A stretch of 11,822 nt of DNA from positions 1-11,822 of the forward strand of contig JBBDRF010000008.1 in NCBI GenBank assembly GCA_040905565.1, read 5' to 3'. This document shows, one piece after another, positions 8,101 through 11,822 of the stretch (within the stretch, counting starts at the first letter, position 1; each line of letters opens with the position of its first letter). This stretch comes from Phycisphaeraceae bacterium. GTDB taxonomy: Bacteria > Planctomycetota > Phycisphaerae > Phycisphaerales > Zrk34. A model generated the notes under the pieces. It saw only the letters and a program-made list of their open reading frames with translations, searched no databases and was not told the origin of the DNA. Both the position numbers and the translations under genes were made by a program.

Positions 8101-8324
8101 CCGCCATGCGCGTCAGCGATCTGGCAGCGGCGATCGAACAACTCACGACTGCGTCGGCGCAGGATGGATGGCAGGATCAGATGGAACAGTTGCAATCGGA
8201 AGTCAGTCGGTTGTTCGCGGCGATGCCCGAGATACTGCACGCATTGGATGAACTGGATCAGCCTGCGGCGGATGAGGGGGACGGAACAGAGGACATCAAA
8301 AACAAGGACGCGGTAAGGATATGA
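5118..8324 (+). CDS. Hybrid sensor histidine kinase: multi-TM sensor, PAS/PAC, HisKA, HATPase, two receivers, HPt
   Basis: TM region with GGRIETHFH/FYRDWR/DH..RG/WIEH; PAS (GLWDW...IHPDD...G.WHWV); H-box FLANMSHEIRTP; N-box LMNLTNNAIKFT; G-boxes DTGVGI and GGTGLGL; REC1 (VDD, LVDMVMP, NKP); REC2 (AED, FMDCQMP, SKP); HPt AHKLKG. GAGGAGG RBS at 5101. An alternative start at 5130 overlaps the upstream stop (ATGA). Confidence 0.96.
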   Translation: MLHTMTSLPHVDEAALNERAVDLFQSHRQSILTSTDRMFTPLLILHYLAGVGLALWLTPRTWIGESSQTHIHVIAAVVLNLLVVAPAVLLTIFRPGWFLTRHVTVAVLMFQSALLIHLTGGRIETHFHVFATLALVAFYRDWRPLMTATAVVAVDHFVRGVWYPQSVYGVLAASPFRWIEHAAWVLLEVSFLMYACHRSKQEMLEIAIRRAGMEEQISRREQMHETLRTQADRLRMATSAGELGLWDWLVPEEEVFFNEQYYRMLGYAPDAFKPSLEAWKQLIHPDDLERAVQSVQDHFEQRMPRHDVEIRLRHAEGHWHWVRAVGEVVARDPQGQPLRLVGLHVSIDREKQNSQALAEARDAAEAASRAKSEFLANMSHEIRTPINGVVGTLDLIHATDLTEQQERYVDAARTSADTLLSLINDILDFSKIEAQQLELDAEPFNLEMMIEQGMTVLTQRAQLKDLELAFSIAPDVNHAVVGDEGRLRQILMNLTNNAIKFTERGEVVVTVEVEADHEDAQIVRFKVRDTGVGIPQSKQHRLFKSFSQADSSMSRKYGGTGLGLAICKQLCALMGGQIGFESIEHLGSVFTFTVTLVKQPREATTSRVVPAQLEGQRILIVDDNATSRQMLHELATQWRFDVAVAKDATEAWASLEQAADEHPFTLALVDMVMPVEDGLSLCKRIRSDRRFNQLKLLLCSSHSPSPSQAAIVEAGCNGIINKPIGPSRLFDAMMQVMVGRFDPRERGNGQLKQITAPKVTSPDAAPVRGRVLVAEDNEINRMVINDLLVSRGLDVVVVEDGRQAVEAVSTQAFDLVFMDCQMPEMDGFEATRTIHELHQAGHLATRPFIIALTANAMTGDRELCLSHGMDDYLSKPIERNRLFSTIDHWLGQCPLPPADAAAASETSPARTSAPEPLASTPSAEPEVEAPDPAIDVPELFQRCLNKVALAKRVLKTFETTSREEVDALGTSLSTGDFEAARLTAHKLKGGAAQISAMRVSDLAAAIEQLTTASAQDGWQDQMEQLQSEVSRLFAAMPEILHALDELDQPAADEGDGTEDIKNKDAVRI

Positions 8325-9406
8325 GTGTTCCCGTAATGATCGTGGATGACGAGGCCGTGACGCGTGACATCCTCCGTGAAGGCCTCATGGATGCTGGCTA
8401 TACCGTCTTGCTCGCCGAAAATGGCCGGGAAGCGCTGGAACTGCTCGACAGGCATCCTTGTCAGATCGTGATTTCCGACTGGATGATGCCGGAACTGGAT
8501 GGGCTGTCCCTTTGCCGTGAAATGCGCACACGCAGCGACAGCTACGTGTATTTCATGCTGATGACATCACGGGCGACCCGCGATGATCGGATGACAGCCC
8601 TGAACGCCGGCGTGGACGACTTCCTCGCCAAGCCCGTGGACCAGGCGGAATTGTGTGCACGCATGCGCAACGCCCAGCGACTGCTGTCGCTTGAGACGCG
8701 CGACGTGGCGATTTTCGCGCTGGCCAAGCTGGCCGAATCGCGCGATCCGGAAACAGGCACGCACCTGGAGCGCGTCCGAAGCTACTCTCGTGTCCTGGCG
8801 GAAGGCTTGCGACAGCGCGGCACGTACCTCGACCAGGTTGACGACGAGTTCATCAAGCTCATCTACCTCACCAGTCCGCTCCATGACATTGGTAAAGTCG
8901 GCATCCCCGACCGAATCCTGCTCAAGCCCGGGCGACTGAACGACCAGGAATTTGACGCGATGAAACTGCACACGCTGATTGGCGCCGAAACCCTCGGCGC
9001 TCTGGCTGAGCAGTTCCCGGGTGCGAACTTTCTGAAGATGGCGCACGAGATCGCCGTCAGCCATCACGAGCGATGGGACGGTTCGGGCTACCCCAGCGGC
9101 CTGCGAGAACAAGCCATTCCGCTGACGGGGCGAATCGTGGCGGTCGCCGACGTGTACGACGCGCTAACGTCCAAACGTGTTTATAAATCAGCCTTCAGCC
9201 ACACCGTCGCACGGGACATGATCGTGGAGGAAGCGGGTAAGCATTTCGACCCGGCGCTGGTCGAGACATTCCAGGAATGTGAAGCAGCGCTGGAAGCGAT
9301 CCGCCATCAATATCCCCCCGAAGCGTCCGACCTGAAGGACGTGAGCCCGTCGCATTTGCCTGCCGCGTCAGCCAGTCCTGTTGTTGCTCAGAAAAAGCTG
9401 GGCTGA
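8321..9406 (+). CDS. Response regulator with HD-GYP domain (RpfG-family c-di-GMP phosphodiesterase)
   Basis: REC (VDDE, SDWMMP, MTS, AKP), then ESRD.ETG.HLERV, LHDIGK, HHERWDGSGYP and VADVYDAL..KRVYK. ATGA overlap with the kinase stop. Confidence 0.95.
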   Translation: MSVPVMIVDDEAVTRDILREGLMDAGYTVLLAENGREALELLDRHPCQIVISDWMMPELDGLSLCREMRTRSDSYVYFMLMTSRATRDDRMTALNAGVDDFLAKPVDQAELCARMRNAQRLLSLETRDVAIFALAKLAESRDPETGTHLERVRSYSRVLAEGLRQRGTYLDQVDDEFIKLIYLTSPLHDIGKVGIPDRILLKPGRLNDQEFDAMKLHTLIGAETLGALAEQFPGANFLKMAHEIAVSHHERWDGSGYPSGLREQAIPLTGRIVAVADVYDALTSKRVYKSAFSHTVARDMIVEEAGKHFDPALVETFQECEAALEAIRHQYPPEASDLKDVSPSHLPAASASPVVAQKKLG

Positions 9407-9578
9407 AGTGGCAGAAGGTCGGCAAGCGGCGTGACCCACCCGCCATGGATTCATTCCGGCAGGGGCGGCACCGCATACCGGGCAAGCGGCGACACCGACA
9501 CGACCTCGCACGATCGGGCGTGGTCAGGTCGTCGGTCGCGCGATTTCCGTTTTTACCTTGACGGAAGATGCCTGCGGC

Positions 9579-9607
9579 TTGCCAACTCGGAGGCCTTGAT
9601 CGACAAT
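9579..9607 (+). promoter_or_regulatory. Putative sigma70-type promoter of the rhodanese gene
   Basis: TTGCCA (9579-9584), 17 nt, GACAAT (9602-9607), about 54 nt upstream of ATG 9661. GAGAGGA RBS-like sequence near 9643. Confidence 0.4.
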
Positions 9608-9660
9608 CGTCGGCATCATTACGCTCGCATCAACGGGGCACGTGAGAGGATCAGGTCGTC

Positions 9661-10038
9661 ATGCATGCACGTTTCTTGAAACTCGTCGAACAGGCCCGCA
9701 CGCGGATTCAGGAGGTGGACGTCGCCACGGTGAAGCGCAAGCTCGATCGCGAGGAACCGTTTTACCTTGTCGATGTGCGTGAGTCTGGCGAATGGGATGC
9801 GGGTCGGCTGCCCCAGGCGGTTCACTTGAGTAAAGGCCTCATCGAACATGACATCGAACGGCGTATTCCTGACGTGGACGCGGACATTGTCTGCTACTGC
9901 GGCGGCGGATACCGTTCCGCACTCGTGGCTGAGAATCTCAATCGCATGGGATACCGCCACGTCAGTTCGATGGCTGGCGGCTATCACGCGTGGCGGCAAG
10001 CGGGCCTGCCGGTCGACCGCGAAGCACCGGCGTCGTGA
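9661..10038 (+). CDS. Single-domain rhodanese-like sulfurtransferase
   Basis: LVDVRE..EW..GRLP.A.H, active-site loop YCGGGYRSA, and MGY..V.SMAGG...W. Confidence 0.92.
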   Translation: MHARFLKLVEQARTRIQEVDVATVKRKLDREEPFYLVDVRESGEWDAGRLPQAVHLSKGLIEHDIERRIPDVDADIVCYCGGGYRSALVAENLNRMGYRHVSSMAGGYHAWRQAGLPVDREAPAS

Positions 10039-10144
10039 CAGTGCGTTGATCCCGGTTTTGAATGAAATGTTTGCGCCCCGCACCGGCGCTGCACAGTCAA
10101 ATACAACCCCGACCGACCGAGACGCGGGATGTTGTGCAGAGGTC

Positions 10145-10157
10145 TATCAAAGACTTA
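10145..10157 (+). promoter_or_regulatory. IHF-consensus site next to the att site
   Basis: TATCAAAGACTTA is an exact match to WATCAANNNNTTR, 4 nt from the 3' end of the tRNA fragment. Confidence 0.55.
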
Positions 10158-10161
10158 TGAA

Positions 10162-10204
10162 CTGGGGATCCAGGATTCGAACCTGGACTAACTGATTCAG
10201 AGTC
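10162..10204 (-). pseudogene. 3' half of tRNA-Gln(CTG), the att site (displaced tRNA fragment) of an integrated element
   Basis: Minus strand reads GA-CTCTGAA-TCAGT-TAGT-CCAGG-TTCGAAT-CCTGG-ATCCCCA-G: anticodon loop (CTG), 3' anticodon strand, variable loop, perfect T arm, 3' acceptor strand and discriminator. There is no D arm or 5' acceptor strand upstream, and tRNA-like pairing stops 2 nt 5' of the anticodon loop. Confidence 0.9.
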
Positions 10205-10249
10205 TTAATTTTAGCTTGCGACTAACTGATAATCTACGTTACCCACCGT

Positions 10250-10270
10250 TGTTTTACCCCGTGTTTTACC
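10250..10270. repeat. Direct repeat TGTTTTACC x2, putative integrase arm-type sites
   Basis: Copies at 10250-10258 and 10262-10270 (12-bp period), plus a partial GTTACCC at 10238-10244. They are about 50 bp from the crossover region, and the integrase has an N-terminal arm-binding-type domain. Confidence 0.6.
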
Positions 10271-10290
10271 GTACCATCGGTGAAATGGTC

Positions 10291-10400
10291 GCGCTTCAAC
10301 GGAAACCATTGTTACTGGCCGGCGCTTCAAAGGCGCTTCAACGAGCCACTAACTGACCCGCGACCGGCTCGACACACGGCCGCGCTTCAACGCGCTTCAA
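10291..10400 (+). repeat. Five exact copies of GCGCTTCAA upstream of the integrase
   Basis: Copies at 10291-10299, 10322-10330, 10333-10341, 10382-10390 and 10392-10400. Confidence 0.9.
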
Positions 10401-10413
10401 TGGAGATTTGCAG

Positions 10414-11649
10414 ATGTCACAAGCACCCGTCCGATTGGTACGCGAGGGGCAGAAGCCCGACCCGATGCGGTTCGGCTTCACCGTCCGCAAGCTGGAGCAG
10501 ATCAAGGCCGGCGACAAACAGAAGTGGGTCTACGACGAGCACACGCGCGGGCTGGCGATGCTCACGCTGCCGAGCGGCTTCAAGACGTTCTATTTCGCCG
10601 GCCGGATGAATGGGCGCTACCGTCGGGTGAAGATCGGCCCATTCCCCGGCACGACGATTGAGAACGCCCGCAAGGCGGCGGTGCGGGAGTTGAACAAGGT
10701 CGTCGAGGGACGCAACCCCGCTGACGAGCGGAAGCGTAGCCGCGTGGCGTGCGACACGTTCGGCGACCTGTGCAAGCTGTGGCTGGACGACTGGAAAGGG
10801 GCGAAGGGGGTGAAGCGCACGATTGAAGAAGATCGCCGACGCATCGACAAGCACCTGGAAAGCTGGAAGTCTCGCCGGATGGATGCCATCGACCGCGACA
10901 AGGTACGTCGGCTTCATCGGAAGATCGGCGAGAAAGCCCCGTACGAAGCCAATCGCCTGTTGAAGCTGATCGGGGCGATGTACCGCAAGGCGATTCGGGA
11001 GGAACGCATCACCGGGCCGAACCCCGCCAGCGAGATTGACGCACACCCCGAGCAGACCCGGCAGGGCAACCACCTGGACGCCCGCGAGTTGCCGGCGTTC
11101 ATCGCCGCGCTGGACGCCGATGCCGAGGTGAGCCAGACGGCCAGCGATGCCCTGTGGACGCTGCTGCTGACGGCACAGCGGCGAAGCAACGCGCTCGCGA
11201 TGGCATGGGCCGACGTGGACCTGGACCGCGAGACGTGGACTATCGCCCGCACGAAGCGGGGCAAGCCGCACACCGTCCCGCTGGTGGGCAAGGTGCTGGA
11301 GATCGTCAAACGACGCCACGACGACCCCAAGCGCCACGACATCTACGTTTTCCCCAGCCGCATCACCATCGCCACGACGGCGCATTTCAGCGACCCGATA
11401 CCGGCGCTCAAGCGGGTGCTCAAGGCGGCGAGCGTGAAGCGGCGATTCACACCGCACGACCTGCGGCGGACGTGGGCGACGTGGGCGCACGGGGCAGGCG
11501 TGCAGGATTCGACCATCAAAGAGGCGCTGGACCATAGCCGCAAGGGCGACATTACGTTCGGCGTTTACTCCAACGTCAGCATCGACACGCTGCGCGAGGC
11601 GTTCAAGGCGACGGAGCAGGCCATGCTCGCGGCGAAGGGGGGTGAGTGA
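10414..11649 (+). CDS. int: Tyrosine recombinase/integrase with N-terminal arm-DNA-binding domain (P4/IntA-like)
   Basis: N-terminal D....GL......SG.KTF......G..RRVKIG.FP..TIE.ARK.A......V..GRNP..ER; core-binding region ending NP; catalytic R (LLTAQRRSN), K (TKRG), HDLRR, H (LDHS) and Y (GVYS). GGAG RBS 8 nt before ATG 10414. Confidence 0.96.
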   Translation: MSQAPVRLVREGQKPDPMRFGFTVRKLEQIKAGDKQKWVYDEHTRGLAMLTLPSGFKTFYFAGRMNGRYRRVKIGPFPGTTIENARKAAVRELNKVVEGRNPADERKRSRVACDTFGDLCKLWLDDWKGAKGVKRTIEEDRRRIDKHLESWKSRRMDAIDRDKVRRLHRKIGEKAPYEANRLLKLIGAMYRKAIREERITGPNPASEIDAHPEQTRQGNHLDARELPAFIAALDADAEVSQTASDALWTLLLTAQRRSNALAMAWADVDLDRETWTIARTKRGKPHTVPLVGKVLEIVKRRHDDPKRHDIYVFPSRITIATTAHFSDPIPALKRVLKAASVKRRFTPHDLRRTWATWAHGAGVQDSTIKEALDHSRKGDITFGVYSNVSIDTLREAFKATEQAMLAAKGGE

Positions 11650-11822
11650 TGGCGAAGAAACCCACGAAGAAGACCACGAAGAAGACCGGCAAGGCGGAAC
11701 GGCTGCCCACCCCGGACGAGTGGAAAGCCGGATCGAGGGCGCGGGTGGACGCGATGTTGAAGGCGAACGCCAACCGCAAGCCCGAGCCGGTGGAGCATGC
11801 CGCGCTCGCGCGAACGCTGCGA
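11649..11822 (+). CDS. Hypothetical protein with Lys-rich N-terminus, partial (runs off the right edge)
   Basis: TGATG stop/start overlap with int. Open frame MAKKPTKKTTKKTGKAERLPTPDEWKAGSRARVDAMLKANANRKPEPVEHAALARTLR with GC-rich third positions. Not in the ORF track. Confidence 0.65.
   Translation, partial: MAKKPTKKTTKKTGKAERLPTPDEWKAGSRARVDAMLKANANRKPEPVEHAALARTLR

Larger units (their letters stand above)
10162..11822. mobile_element. End of a tRNA-Gln-targeting integrative element (genomic island, prophage or satellite); continues beyond the window
   Basis: tRNA 3' fragment, AT-richer arm with direct repeats, and an adjacent tyrosine integrase. Confidence 0.88.

Noticed and set aside
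10162..10240. Complete tRNA-Gln gene
   Set aside because: No D arm or 5' acceptor strand, and the anticodon stem pairs for only 2 bp. It is a fragment.
10291..10400. Mini CRISPR array
   Set aside because: The repeats are only 9-10 bp with irregular 1-40 bp gaps, and no cas genes are present in the window.
11161..11190. Integrase possibly inactive (TAQRRSN instead of TG.R..E)
   Set aside because: The catalytic R, K, HxxR, H and Y are all present and the frame is intact. Flanking variation is within normal family range.

Overview
GC-rich bacterial chromosomal window; the gene families and repeat style suggest a planctomycete, but that is inference only. The left and central parts are host signalling and metabolic DNA. 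On the minus strand are the 5' end of a poly-HAMP (NIK1/OsaA-type) sensor kinase gene (missed by the ORF track) and a stand-alone receiver protein. On the plus strand are a ceramidase-family amidohydrolase and a class IV PLP D-amino-acid aminotransferase-like gene, followed by a GTAG...CTAC REP-like doublet. Next comes a translationally coupled three-gene operon: a membrane-anchored CxC thioredoxin-like protein (RedB-like), a His-rich membrane/PAS/HisKA/HATPase/REC/REC/HPt hybrid kinase, and a REC-HD-GYP c-di-GMP phosphodiesterase. A rhodanese gene follows. At about 10160 the window crosses into an integrated mobile element: a displaced 3' half of tRNA-Gln(CTG) cut at the anticodon loop (att site), a repeat-dense att arm/leader, a tyrosine integrase and a coupled Lys-rich ORF running off the end. 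The two best candidates for undescribed biology are the putative redox- or metal-sensing RedB/kinase/HD-GYP c-di-GMP relay and the integrase leader carrying extra copies of the tRNA target sequence.
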